In this document: positions 1-9,367 of the stretch, piece after piece
How the letters are laid out: each line of letters starts with the position of its first letter
Position numbering within the stretch: the first letter of the stretch is position 1
NCBI GenBank assembly: GCA_009783245.1
Contig: WRHL01000002.1
Coordinates: forward strand, 9,233 to 73,232
DNA from: Coriobacteriia bacterium
GTDB lineage: Bacteria > Actinomycetota > Coriobacteriia > Coriobacteriales > UBA8131
Direction: 5' to 3'
DNA: 64,000 bases
Notes under the pieces: model-generated
Databases searched by the model: none
What the model saw: the letters and a program-made list of their open reading frames with translations, nothing else
Told to the model about the DNA's origin: nothing
Translations under genes and position numbers: made by a program

Positions 1-1
1 G

Positions 2-946
2 GGTTGAACGGATGTACTTCGCCCGTGGCTCGCCCACCGCGCCTTCTATGGAGGCTATCATGGCCGAGCTCTCACCGCAGACAAAAGCGCCGCCGCCCCG
101 TACCACCTGCACGCGCAGCTGCTTGTCGCTGCCCAGTACAGAGTCGCCCAGGATCCCAGCTGCCTCGGCATCCAGGATGGCCTGCTTCATGGTGCGCAGC
201 GCCGTGGTGTACTCGTCGCGGATGTACAGGTAGGCATCGGTGGCCCCCACGGCCACGGCACAGATGGCAACACCCTCCAACACGCTGTGCGGGTCACCCT
301 CCAGCATGGAGCGGTCCATAAAGGCGCCAGGGTCGCCCTCGTCGCCGTTTAAGATCACGTATTTGGGGTTGTTGTTATAACCGGCGGCAATGCGCCACTT
401 GCGGCCAGCAGGGAACCCAGCGCCTCCCCTGCCGCGTATGCCTGAGCGCTCCACCTGGGAGATGATCTCCTCCGGTGTCATGGTCAGGGCCTTCTTCAGC
501 GATTCATACACGCCACGCGAAAGCGCGTCGTCCAACAGCTCGGGATCCAGCTCTCCCACATTGCGCAGTGCGAGTTTCTTTTGTGACGAGTAGAACGGGT
601 TCTCTTCCCTTCCTGTCACTCGCTGCCCCGCATCATCGCGGTACAAGAGCCGCTCGACGGGCTCGCCGCCCAGGCTCTCGATTATTGCTGCGGCATCCTT
701 GGGTTTGACCCGGTAGTAGGAGATGTCATCCGGCATGACCTTCACAACCGGCCCGTAGCCACAGAAGCCGTGGCAGCCGGTCTGCTTGACCAGGGGCTCC
801 ACCGTGGCATCCGTGGCCGCAGCGCCCGCAACGCCGGCAGCAGCGGCTAACGCCAACTGCTCTTTAAGCGCGGTGACAACAGCCTTACTGCCACTGGCAA
901 TGCAGCCGGTGTCGCAGCAGACAAGGATGGTCCTCTTGGCGCTCAT
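2..946 (-). CDS. nuoF: NuoF/HydB-like NADH-binding flavoprotein subunit with N-terminal thioredoxin-like [2Fe-2S] domain (3' part outside window)
   Basis: Not in ORF track; translated by hand. ATG at 946 overlaps the nuoE stop (ATGA). MSAKRTILVCCDTGC...QTGCHGFCGYGP, SGIRGRGGAGFP, NGDEGDPGAFMDRS, GGGAFVCGESSA. Confidence 0.9.
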   Translation of the reverse strand, partial: MSAKRTILVCCDTGCIASGSKAVVTALKEQLALAAAAGVAGAAATDATVEPLVKQTGCHGFCGYGPVVKVMPDDISYYRVKPKDAAAIIESLGGEPVERLLYRDDAGQRVTGREENPFYSSQKKLALRNVGELDPELLDDALSRGVYESLKKALTMTPEEIISQVERSGIRGRGGAGFPAGRKWRIAAGYNNNPKYVILNGDEGDPGAFMDRSMLEGDPHSVLEGVAICAVAVGATDAYLYIRDEYTTALRTMKQAILDAEAAGILGDSVLGSDKQLRVQVVRGGGAFVCGESSAMIASIEGAVGEPRAKYIRST

Positions 947-1428
947 GCGACCACCTCCCCTGCTTCCCTGCGACGATAGTCGGCGATGACCTCAGCGATT
1001 ATCTCGTCGGTGAGGTTGCCGTAATACTCCTCGCCTATCTGCATGGCGGGAGCCAACGCGCAACAGCCCAGGCAGGCGACCGTCTCTATGGTGAAGAGGC
1101 CGTCTGCGTCGGTGCCGCCCAGACCCACGCCTAACAGACGTTCCAGCGACTGGAGCACGCCCTTGGAGTCCTTGATATGGCAGGCCGTGCCGTCGCAGAC
1201 CTTGATGACGTGCTTGCCGCGCGGTGTCAGGCTGAAGGTATGGTAGAAGGTGGCCATGGCATAGGCCTGCGACAGGGGGACCTTCAGATAGTCCGCTGCC
1301 GCGACTATGTGCTCTTTGGGCAGGTAGCCGCACTCCTTTTGGATATCCTGAAAGACAGCAAGCGTGTGCTGCCTTTCAGGTGGGTATGCCTGGAGCAGCT
1401 CAGTGAGCTTCTCCTGCGCCAGGATCAT
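943..1428 (-). CDS. nuoE: NuoE/HydC-like [2Fe-2S] subunit
   Basis: ATFY motif, C-x4-C (VCDGTACH) and C-x3-C (ACLGCC.LAP); overlaps cooS stop. Confidence 0.92.
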   Translation of the reverse strand: MILAQEKLTELLQAYPPERQHTLAVFQDIQKECGYLPKEHIVAAADYLKVPLSQAYAMATFYHTFSLTPRGKHVIKVCDGTACHIKDSKGVLQSLERLLGVGLGGTDADGLFTIETVACLGCCALAPAMQIGEEYYGNLTDEIIAEVIADYRRREAGEVVA

Positions 1429-3365
1429 ATTCCCAGCGCCTTCCTCTTTGCGTTGATGTGGTCGAGTATGCCCTGCGCGGCCGCGTGCGGGTCGGTCTCA
1501 ACCAGGAACTTGCCACCGGTCAGGCCCTCTATGTCGCTGGTCAGCACCTGCGACACCAGCGGGCTGCCCAAAACGGGCGGCACCACGCCTACGTGGGTCA
1601 ACACGCCAAGCGCAACCACCCAGGTGCCAATGGACACGGCCTTCTCGTGCTGTAGCTCTGGCGCAGAGGCGGCCACGGGCAAATCCTTGATCTGTACACC
1701 CAGATAGCCGGCCAGCGCACCCAGAAGGTCGCCGATGCGGGAGTTGTCCACGCAGCTGCCCATGTGCAGGACGGGGGGCAGCGGCCCACCCAGGCCCGCG
1801 GCCTCGCCTACGGCGGTCAGCACGCCCAAGAGCTTCTCGCCGGCGTACTTCTTGGCGCCCTCCGGAGAGAGGAAGCCGTACTTGGCCAGGGCGTGGGCCG
1901 TGCAGCCCGTCGCCACTATGAGCACGTTGTTCGCAAGCAGGTCCTTGACCATCTCGATGGTGGTCTGGTCCTGCGTCACCTTCACGTTGTTGCAGCCGGC
2001 AAAGCCCACGGCGCCCAGCACGTTGCCGGCCACTATGTTGTCGATCAGCGGCTTGAGCGGGTCCTCCGCGTTGACCGCGGCCAGTGCCTGGACTATGGTC
2101 TCCAGGCTGAAACCGCCCCAGGCCTCCGACTTGTGCGTGGGTATCTGCACCTTGGCAGCGTCGCGCTTCGCAAAGGCGGCGATGGCCATACGCACGGCCT
2201 CCTGTGCCTTCTCGTCAGCGTTTTGCGGGGTGAAGGGCAGGTACTCCGCGTCGGGCAGCTGCCCGATGGGCGTGGTGGTGACCACCTTGGTGTGGTAGCA
2301 GGCGGCGACCTTGGTGATGGAGGGCATGAAGCACTGCACGTCGACCACCATGAGCTCCACGGCCCCGGTGATGATGGCCAGCTCCTGGCTCAGGTAGTTG
2401 CCGGCCAGCGGTATGCCCTGGCGCATGAGCACCTCGTTGCCCGAGCAGCAGATGCCGGCTATATTGATGCCAGCGGCGCCGGCCGCTATGGCCTCGCCTT
2501 CCAACTTGCGTGCCCACTCCACAATCTTCTCGGACACCTCCGGCATATGCCCGTGTACCACAATATTGACCTTGTCGTTGCTCAGGACGCCCAGATTGGC
2601 CTCGGTCTTGACGGGGTACGGGATGCCAAACAGTATGTCCTGGATGTCCGTGCCCATCTGCAGGCCGGCGTAACCATCCACCAGGCCCAGTTTGACGCAG
2701 GACAGCAGCAGGTTGATCGGCGATCCGTCCACGCCCATGGAGGTCTGGTGCATGGCCGTGCGGATCTCGCGGTCCGGGTTCTTGGGCAGCACGCCCAGCT
2801 TGCCCCAGGTCTCCACCAGCGCGGGTGAGGCGGTAGCCGTCAGCCATTTCATGGGCTCATCCGTCTGGTTGCCAAAGTCAGCCAGGGCGGCGTTGGCGAT
2901 CTCCAGCGCCAGCTCATCGGTGGACTTGCCCTCAGTTGAGATGCCCAGCTTGGCCGCCACGGGCCCTATCTTGTCCGCACCCCTGATCTCATAGGGCGCC
3001 GTGCCCTCAGCCGCCGCCTTGAGGCAGTGGATGGCAGAATACGCGTGGTCAGCGTGGGAGGCCGCGCCGCCCACCGTGGTGCGCAAAAGGTTACGGGCGA
3101 CGATAAGGTCGGCGTCCGCGCCGCAGATACCTTCACGGGGCTCGCCAAAGGGATTGATCCGGCAGGGGCCCTGCAGGCAGTTGCGACAGCAGATGCCCAG
3201 GTCACCAAAGCCGCACTGCGGCTTCTGCTGCTCAAAACGGTCCCAGGTGGTCTCGATATGCTCGCGGTTGGCCTTCTCCAGCATCTCGGCTGCCGCGGGG
3301 TCTATGGTCTGCTGGCAGTAGTGTTGATGGGCGTGGGTATGAGAACCTTGATTTGTATCACACAT
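1425..3365 (-). CDS. cooS: Anaerobic Ni-Fe carbon monoxide dehydrogenase catalytic subunit
   Basis: D/B-cluster CGFGDLGICCRNCLQGPC...GICGA; catalytic SHADH; C-cluster ligands VHGH, ICCSGNE, DVQC, GCNN, TGC, GSCVDNSR; EKA lysine. Confidence 0.97.
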   Translation of the reverse strand: MCDTNQGSHTHAHQHYCQQTIDPAAAEMLEKANREHIETTWDRFEQQKPQCGFGDLGICCRNCLQGPCRINPFGEPREGICGADADLIVARNLLRTTVGGAASHADHAYSAIHCLKAAAEGTAPYEIRGADKIGPVAAKLGISTEGKSTDELALEIANAALADFGNQTDEPMKWLTATASPALVETWGKLGVLPKNPDREIRTAMHQTSMGVDGSPINLLLSCVKLGLVDGYAGLQMGTDIQDILFGIPYPVKTEANLGVLSNDKVNIVVHGHMPEVSEKIVEWARKLEGEAIAAGAAGINIAGICCSGNEVLMRQGIPLAGNYLSQELAIITGAVELMVVDVQCFMPSITKVAACYHTKVVTTTPIGQLPDAEYLPFTPQNADEKAQEAVRMAIAAFAKRDAAKVQIPTHKSEAWGGFSLETIVQALAAVNAEDPLKPLIDNIVAGNVLGAVGFAGCNNVKVTQDQTTIEMVKDLLANNVLIVATGCTAHALAKYGFLSPEGAKKYAGEKLLGVLTAVGEAAGLGGPLPPVLHMGSCVDNSRIGDLLGALAGYLGVQIKDLPVAASAPELQHEKAVSIGTWVVALGVLTHVGVVPPVLGSPLVSQVLTSDIEGLTGGKFLVETDPHAAAQGILDHINAKRKALGI

Positions 3366-3424
3366 GGATGTTTCCTCCTTTTAAGTGGTGTCGCGGTTTT
3401 TCGCGGTGTGTCGTTGTAGGGGCC

Positions 3425-3943
3425 TCAGGCCACGGTCGCCTCTGGCACAGCTGCCATTTCGACCAGGTATTTCACGCGCTTGCCCTTGCTGTAGGTGTCG
3501 GGGTCCTCAAACACCAGGGCCTTGGTAGGACAGGCCTGCACGCAGGCTGGGTCATCCCCAGGCGCCACGCACAGGTCGCATTTGCTGATACTGTAGGTCC
3601 CAGCCCTGAGCCTGCCCTCCTCGATGGCCCCAAAGGGGCAGGCGATGAAGCACATCGAGCACCCTATGCAGCGGTTCTTATCGTAAAGTACCACGCCGTC
3701 CGGGTTCAGGCTCAACGCCTTGGTCACGCAGGCCCTGACGCATTGCGCATCCTGACAGTGGCGGCACCCCAGGGGAAAGCCCCTGCCGCTCCCGCCCACC
3801 TCGACATGCACCCCGCTGAGCTGCAGATCCGGCTCCGCCAGAGCGCCGTACAGCGTCCGCGAGCTGGAATGCGCCACGCAACACGCAATCTCGCAGGAAT
3901 GGCACGCCATGCATCTTTCATCGTCGATTAGGATTTTTTTCAC
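3425..3943 (-). CDS. cooF: CooF-like 4x[4Fe-4S] electron transfer protein
   Basis: CMACHSCEIAC, CRHCQDAQCVRAC, CIGCSMCFIACP, KCDLC...ACVQACP. GTG start at 3943 preceded by AAGGAGG. Confidence 0.9.
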   Translation of the reverse strand: MKKILIDDERCMACHSCEIACCVAHSSSRTLYGALAEPDLQLSGVHVEVGGSGRGFPLGCRHCQDAQCVRACVTKALSLNPDGVVLYDKNRCIGCSMCFIACPFGAIEEGRLRAGTYSISKCDLCVAPGDDPACVQACPTKALVFEDPDTYSKGKRVKYLVEMAAVPEATVA

Positions 3944-4080
3944 GCTGATCCCTCCTTTTTCCTCTTCTGTATGGGTCATTATCCTGATACTCAACCTGAG
4001 TATTGCTTCTTGGACTGACTGCTCTGAAAAAGTAGATCATTGATTCTGGCACCAAATTGATAACAATAAGTACCATTTTC

Positions 4081-4110
4081 AGTATAAGCGGTGCGTCATA
4101 CTTCCTGCAA
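4081..4110 (-). promoter_or_regulatory. Putative sigma70-type promoter of the coo operon
   Basis: Minus strand TTGCAG (4110-4105), 18 bp spacer, TATACT (4086-4081). Confidence 0.45.
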
Positions 4111-4302
4111 TGCATTTCATCGGCGCTGACAGCTGTCGTACCCCCTATGGTCTGTTCCAGCGTGCCGTCGGCTCGACTCAATGACTCTCCCTCCTTTCTC
4201 ATGATAAAACCGTGCCGACAATTCGGCGCACTGGGTCGTATTACTGTTGACGGATCCACAAGGAGGAACCGACACGCCGTTAACTGGAGTGAGGGAGGAA
4301 TC

Positions 4303-5988
4303 ATGAAAAGAAGACTGACCATAGTATTGAGCGTGGCGCTGGCTGCTGTCTTGGCACTGTCGTGTTGGGGGTGCGCGCCAAAGGTCGATGTTGCAGAGGA
4401 AGCAGCCACCGGGCGACCACCTGACAGCACGGCCACTGTGCCTACCTCTGGCAACACAGCCCTTCCGCCTTCTTCACTGTATGAGGGCGAATTCAGCGAA
4501 AGCTATGAGCTGTGGGGGGATTTCAATACCGAGGAGTACTCAGCGCTTACCGAGAACGGCTTCCTCAGCGTGGCCACCAACCCCACCTCGACCTTCTCGT
4601 CAAGTGTGGATACCGCAAGCTACGCGAACCTGCGACGCATGATCAACAGCGGTTATGACCTGAAGAGCATCCCCTCGGGGGCCATAAGGACCGAGGAGTT
4701 CCTCAACTATTTCAACTATGACTTTGTAAAGCCCAGTGACGGTGATGCCTTTGCCATCAGCGTGCAGATCGCTGACTGCCCCTGGAACAAGGATACGCGC
4801 TTGATGATCGTCGGCTTGCAGGCCCAGGATTTTGAGACTGCTACTGCAGCTGCCGGTGTCAACGCGGAACTGGGGTCGAACCTGGTCTTCCTCATCGATG
4901 TCTCGGGTTCCATGAACAGTGCGGACAAGCTCCCTCTGCTCAAGGAAAGCTTCTCCTATCTGGTCGACCAGCTGAACCCCAATGACCGGGTCTCGATTGT
5001 CACCTATGCCGGCTCAGACCGCGTGGTGCTGGAAGGGGTTTATGCCAGTGAGAAGAAAACGATACTCAAAGCCCTTGAGGGTTTGCAGTCAGGTGGCTCA
5101 ACCGCCGGCGCAAAGGGGCTGACGCGTGCCTACGATATTGCTGGGAAGTACTACATCGAGGGCGGCAACAACCGAATCATCCTGGCTTCTGACGGTGATC
5201 TGAATGTGGGCATCAGCAGCGAAAGCGAGCTGCATGATTTTGTAAGCGAGAAGCGCGCCAGCGGCATCTACCTTTCTGTGCTTGGCTTTGGTACAGGCAA
5301 TTACAAGGACAACAAGATGAAGACCGTCGCACAGTATGGCAACGGCACCTATTATTACATCGACTGTATCGAAGAGGCCATCAAGGTCTTTGGCGAGGAT
5401 TTGAGCGCTACCCTGTTCAGCGTTGCCGATGATGTGAAGGTAGAGGTCGAGTTCAACCCTGCCTACATCAAGGGCTATCGTCTGATAGGTTATGAGAGCC
5501 GTCTGATGAGCCATGAGGATTTCACCAACGATAAGGTGGATGCTGCTGAGGTAGGGGCCGGACACCAGGTAATCGTCGCCTATGAGATAGTCATGGCTGA
5601 TTCCGCCTTTGAGATCGGCGGAGCGCCGTTGAAGTACCAGGGGCAGGGCGCTGGCGTGGGTTCAGGCGAAGGTGTCGGAGCAGGCAACGGTGCAGGTGTC
5701 GAGAACGGCGAGTGGCTCACCCTGGCGCTACGCTACAAGGACCCTGGAGCTACTGAGTCAAAGCTCAGGGAGCGCGCAGTAGGCAAGGCTGCCTATGTCA
5801 GCGAACCCAACGAGGACTGGATCTTCGCCTCGGCGGTCATCGAGTTCTGCATGGTGGTCTCCCAAAGCGATTACGTGGGTACCGCAACCCTGCAGGGGGC
5901 AATAGAGCGTGCGCAGGCGGGCGAGAAGTCCGACCCGTACCGCACGGAGTTCATCTCCCTGGCCCAGAAGCTGGCATATCGCGATTAA
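4303..5988 (+). CDS. YfbK-like von Willebrand factor A domain lipoprotein
   Basis: RBS GGAGGAA before ATG 4303; lipoprotein signal ending ..SCWGC; VDTASY, RTEEFLNYF, MIDAS DVSGSM, SDGDLNVG, YRLIGYE. Confidence 0.88.
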   Translation: MKRRLTIVLSVALAAVLALSCWGCAPKVDVAEEAATGRPPDSTATVPTSGNTALPPSSLYEGEFSESYELWGDFNTEEYSALTENGFLSVATNPTSTFSSSVDTASYANLRRMINSGYDLKSIPSGAIRTEEFLNYFNYDFVKPSDGDAFAISVQIADCPWNKDTRLMIVGLQAQDFETATAAAGVNAELGSNLVFLIDVSGSMNSADKLPLLKESFSYLVDQLNPNDRVSIVTYAGSDRVVLEGVYASEKKTILKALEGLQSGGSTAGAKGLTRAYDIAGKYYIEGGNNRIILASDGDLNVGISSESELHDFVSEKRASGIYLSVLGFGTGNYKDNKMKTVAQYGNGTYYYIDCIEEAIKVFGEDLSATLFSVADDVKVEVEFNPAYIKGYRLIGYESRLMSHEDFTNDKVDAAEVGAGHQVIVAYEIVMADSAFEIGGAPLKYQGQGAGVGSGEGVGAGNGAGVENGEWLTLALRYKDPGATESKLRERAVGKAAYVSEPNEDWIFASAVIEFCMVVSQSDYVGTATLQGAIERAQAGEKSDPYRTEFISLAQKLAYRD

Positions 5989-6028
5989 AACTGACAGGCG
6001 ATGTCCAGAAGCTGGCACGGCGCCAACT

Positions 6029-6107
6029 GGGACAAGGGGCAGTGGGACAAGGGGCACCGCTGCCCCTTGTCCCGTGTTGCGGTGGGACAGAAGGGACGGT
6101 ACCGTCT
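6029..6107. repeat. REP-like palindromic cluster (variant GGGACAAGGGGC..GCCCCTTGTCCC and GGGACAGAAGGGACGGT)
   Basis: Direct and inverted copies between convergent genes. Confidence 0.65.
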
Positions 6108-6108
6108 A

Positions 6109-7452
6109 CTACCCACCCACCTGAGCGATCTCAAATTCCAGGGTCGGCGGCAGCGAGGTGGTCGAGGTCGCCTGCCGGGGAGTCCCAGAGAAGCCTCCCC
6201 AGAATCGTTGCCAGCTGATCTTCACGCCTTCCCACCAACTGGGCTCGGGCACGTTCTCAGTTGCCACCAGATTCACATGGGAGATGACCTCCCGGTTCTG
6301 CGTCCAGATGATGGAACCCACCACATCACCCTTCATGATGGAGCCTTCCCTCTCGATCAGCTTCACTTCCTGGGTGATCGGGCCGTCGTAATCAAAGAAG
6401 ACGGTTGAGACCGGCTGTTCGGCGACCACGGACACCGTCTTATCTATCCAACTAGGGCAGGCGAGGTTCGCGACCGGTATGGTCGAATTGATCAGCTCGA
6501 TGGTACGGTAGTGCGCAAAACCCCATTCCAGCAACACCCGCGCGTCATCAAAACGCTGATACTCATCGCCACAGTGGAAGACAACCGCATAGAACTCAAA
6601 GCTGTTGCGCTTGGCGCTTGCGACCAGACAATAGCCGGCCTCATCGGTGAAGCCGGTCTTCACGCCGTTCGCGCCTGGCATAGAATCCAGCAGTTGGTTG
6701 GTCGAGTAGAAATACTCCTCGCGGTCATCGATCTCAAGGCTGGCCGTCGACAGGGTGACAACCTCGCGGAAGATCTCGTTCTCCATGGCAACGCGCGTCA
6801 GGGTCAGATAATCCCGGGCCGTTGTGTAGTTGCCGTCATCCTCAATGCCGGAGGCGTTGGAGTACTGCGTCCCGGTCATGCCCAGCGCCTCGGCCTTCTC
6901 GTTCATCATCTTCACAAAGCCGAACTCCGTGCCGCCCACATTCTCGGCGATCGCCACGGCGGCGTCGTTGCCCGAGGGCACCATCATGCACAAGAGCAGC
7001 TCCCGCAGCGTCAGCCTGTCGCCCTGTAGCAGATGCGACGAGGAACCCTCGGTATAGGCCGCCCCATAAGTCACGTACATGGGGGTGTCGGGACTCGAGT
7101 TCTCCAGCGCGACCAGCGCGGTCATGATCTTGGTGGTCGATGCCATGGGCACACTCACATCCGCGTTGCGCTCCCACAGGATGGTGCCGTCCTTCGCGCA
7201 AAGCGCCGCGTAATCAGCCTCTATGTCGGGCGCATCGGGCACCGAGATATAGGCTGAGCTCGTCGGCCGGTCCTGGTAGGCCTCGCTGATGGTCCTTCCG
7301 CTGACCGTGTCCTCAGGCCGGATGTCGGCAAGCGCGGTGACAGGAGCCGCAAAGAGGCTCCCCGCCACCAGTACAAGGGCAAGTGATATACGGAGAAGGA
7401 CGGGGCTCACCCCGCGCCCGCGCGAAGGCCTCGGCTTATGCATACAGCTCAC
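6109..7452 (-). CDS. dac: D-alanyl-D-alanine carboxypeptidase (peptidase S11)
   Basis: SxxK (ASTTK), SGN and KTG motifs; N-terminal hydrophobic signal; start uncertain. Confidence 0.92.
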   Translation of the reverse strand: MSCMHKPRPSRGRGVSPVLLRISLALVLVAGSLFAAPVTALADIRPEDTVSGRTISEAYQDRPTSSAYISVPDAPDIEADYAALCAKDGTILWERNADVSVPMASTTKIMTALVALENSSPDTPMYVTYGAAYTEGSSSHLLQGDRLTLRELLLCMMVPSGNDAAVAIAENVGGTEFGFVKMMNEKAEALGMTGTQYSNASGIEDDGNYTTARDYLTLTRVAMENEIFREVVTLSTASLEIDDREEYFYSTNQLLDSMPGANGVKTGFTDEAGYCLVASAKRNSFEFYAVVFHCGDEYQRFDDARVLLEWGFAHYRTIELINSTIPVANLACPSWIDKTVSVVAEQPVSTVFFDYDGPITQEVKLIEREGSIMKGDVVGSIIWTQNREVISHVNLVATENVPEPSWWEGVKISWQRFWGGFSGTPRQATSTTSLPPTLEFEIAQVGG

Positions 7453-7858
7453 GTGGCTCCATCACGCGGAAGCCCGCTGCGATGATGACCGCCTCGGCTT
7501 CCTCATGCGCGTCGACGCGCAGGATGTCTACGGCGTGGCCGGCGCCTGAGGCAAAGCAGTAGGCGTACTCAACGTTGATGCCCGCAGCGTCCAAGGCCTC
7601 CAGCAGGGCGGCAAGGCCACCCGCGTCATCAGAGACCTCCACCGCGAACACCTTGGTCAGCGAAGCGCGAAAGCCCTTCTCGTTGAGGACTGCATAGGCC
7701 TCGCGGGGCGTGTCGGCGATGATGCGGGCCACGCCAAAGCTGGCGGTGTCGGCCACGGTCAGGGCGTGCATGGATATGCCGGCGTCACCCAGGGTGCGAC
7801 AGAGCGCAGCGAGCCGGCCCTTATCGTTCTCAAGGAAAACGGTTATCTGGTCGATCAT
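7436..7858 (-). CDS. ACT domain-containing protein
   Basis: QITVFLENDKGRLA...INVEYAY; tandem ACT family typically coupled to paaK. Confidence 0.9.
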   Translation of the reverse strand: MIDQITVFLENDKGRLAALCRTLGDAGISMHALTVADTASFGVARIIADTPREAYAVLNEKGFRASLTKVFAVEVSDDAGGLAALLEALDAAGINVEYAYCFASGAGHAVDILRVDAHEEAEAVIIAAGFRVMEPRELYA

Positions 7859-9216
7859 CAGCGCTCCCCTCCCTTGTTGTCACGGTTGTCGATGACGCGG
7901 CGCGCCTTGCCTTCGCTGCGTTCGATGGACTTGGGCTCGACCACCTTGACCTCGACGCTCACCTGCAGGTTGCTTCTCAGCTCGGCGCTGATGCGGCGCT
8001 GCAGGTCCTCGATCTTGCGGATCTCGTCAAAGTCGAAGTCCGGTACGGTCTCCACCTTGAGCGTCATGCGGTCAAGCGGCCCCTTGCTGGTCAGCACTAT
8101 CTGGTAGTAGGAGGTGACTTCGCTGAAGCTGGCGAGCACCTCCTGGAACTGGCTGGGGAACACATTGACGCCGCGGATGATGAGCATGTCGTCCGTGCGG
8201 CCTTGGATGCGGTCCATGCGCCGAAGCGTACGGCCGCAGGCGCACGCGCCCGGCAGGATGCGGCTGATGTCGCGGGTGCGGTAGCGGATCAGCGGCGAGC
8301 ATTCCTTGGTGAGCGTGGTGAAGGCCACCTCGCCGTACTCCCCCTCGGGCACCGGCTGGAGGGTGTTGGGATCCAGTATCTCCATGATGAAGTGGTCCTC
8401 AGCCACATGCAGGCCGTTTTGGTGGCGGCACTCGCAGGAGACCCCGGGGCCCATGACCTCGGACAGCCCGTAGATGTCCACCACCTTCACACCGAGCTTT
8501 GCCTCTATCTCGCGGCGCATGCCCTCTGAGCAGGGCTCTGCGCCACAGATCGCCCCCGATATCTTGAAGTCCTCAGCGGGGTTGAAGCCCATCTCGATGG
8601 CCGTGTCGGCAATGAGCAGCGCATAGGAGGGCGTGCAGGCGAGTATATCCACGCCAAAGTCGCGCATCATCTGCACCTGGCGCCGGGTGTTGCCGCTGCT
8701 CATGGGCAGGATGGTCGCGCGCATGCGGATACCGCCCTCATGCGCTCCCAGGCCGCCGGTGAACAGGCCGTAACCGTAGGACACCTGCAAAAGCGAGTGC
8801 TCGTCGCCGCCCACCATGGCTATGGTGCGGGCGAAGGTGTCGCCCCAGTTCTCTATGTCCTTTTGCGTGTAGCCCACCACCGTCGCGTTGCCGGTGGTGC
8901 CTGACGAGGCGTGCAGGCGCTGCACACGCGCATCGTCAACAGGGTAGGCGAAGAGGTCAAAGGGGTAGGCATCCCGCAGGTCCTGTTTGAGGGTGAAGGG
9001 CAGTTTCTGCAAGTCGGCAAGGCTGGTTACGTCAGAGGGCTTGATGCCCTTCTCGTCAAAGGCCCGCCGATAGAAGGGTATGCTCTCATAGCAGTGGGTA
9101 ACCGTGGACTGCAGCCGCACAAGCTGCAGGGCCTCTAACTCACCGCGGTCCATCATCTCTATGTCTGGTTGGAAGTACTTCTCCGGCCCAAGTACCCTAC
9201 CGGTTGAATCTGCCAC
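7858..9216 (-). CDS. paaK: Phenylacetate--CoA ligase family protein
   Basis: HASSGTTG, YGYGLFTGG, DIYGLSE, RYRTRD, GRTDDM. GTG start at 9216 after AAGGAAGG; the ORF-track extension is repeat-derived. Confidence 0.93.
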   Translation of the reverse strand: MADSTGRVLGPEKYFQPDIEMMDRGELEALQLVRLQSTVTHCYESIPFYRRAFDEKGIKPSDVTSLADLQKLPFTLKQDLRDAYPFDLFAYPVDDARVQRLHASSGTTGNATVVGYTQKDIENWGDTFARTIAMVGGDEHSLLQVSYGYGLFTGGLGAHEGGIRMRATILPMSSGNTRRQVQMMRDFGVDILACTPSYALLIADTAIEMGFNPAEDFKISGAICGAEPCSEGMRREIEAKLGVKVVDIYGLSEVMGPGVSCECRHQNGLHVAEDHFIMEILDPNTLQPVPEGEYGEVAFTTLTKECSPLIRYRTRDISRILPGACACGRTLRRMDRIQGRTDDMLIIRGVNVFPSQFQEVLASFSEVTSYYQIVLTSKGPLDRMTLKVETVPDFDFDEIRKIEDLQRRISAELRSNLQVSVEVKVVEPKSIERSEGKARRVIDNRDNKGGER

Positions 9217-9261
9217 CTTCTGCGTTCCTTCCTTGTAGCTTGCATGGGGTGTCTGCCACCC

Positions 9262-9367
9262 TGAGGCCTGGGGCCTGAACCTAACTACCCTAGGGCCTGG
9301 GGCCTGGGGCCTTGGGGCCTTGGGGCCTGGGGCCTGGGGCCTGAGCCTAACTACCCTAGGGCCTGAC
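9262..9367. repeat. Tandem GGGGCCT(T) repeats flanked by a ~30 bp direct repeat
   Basis: Six GGGG tracts at 9299-9339; GGGGCCTGARCCTAACTACCCTAGGGCCTG occurs twice. Confidence 0.85.
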
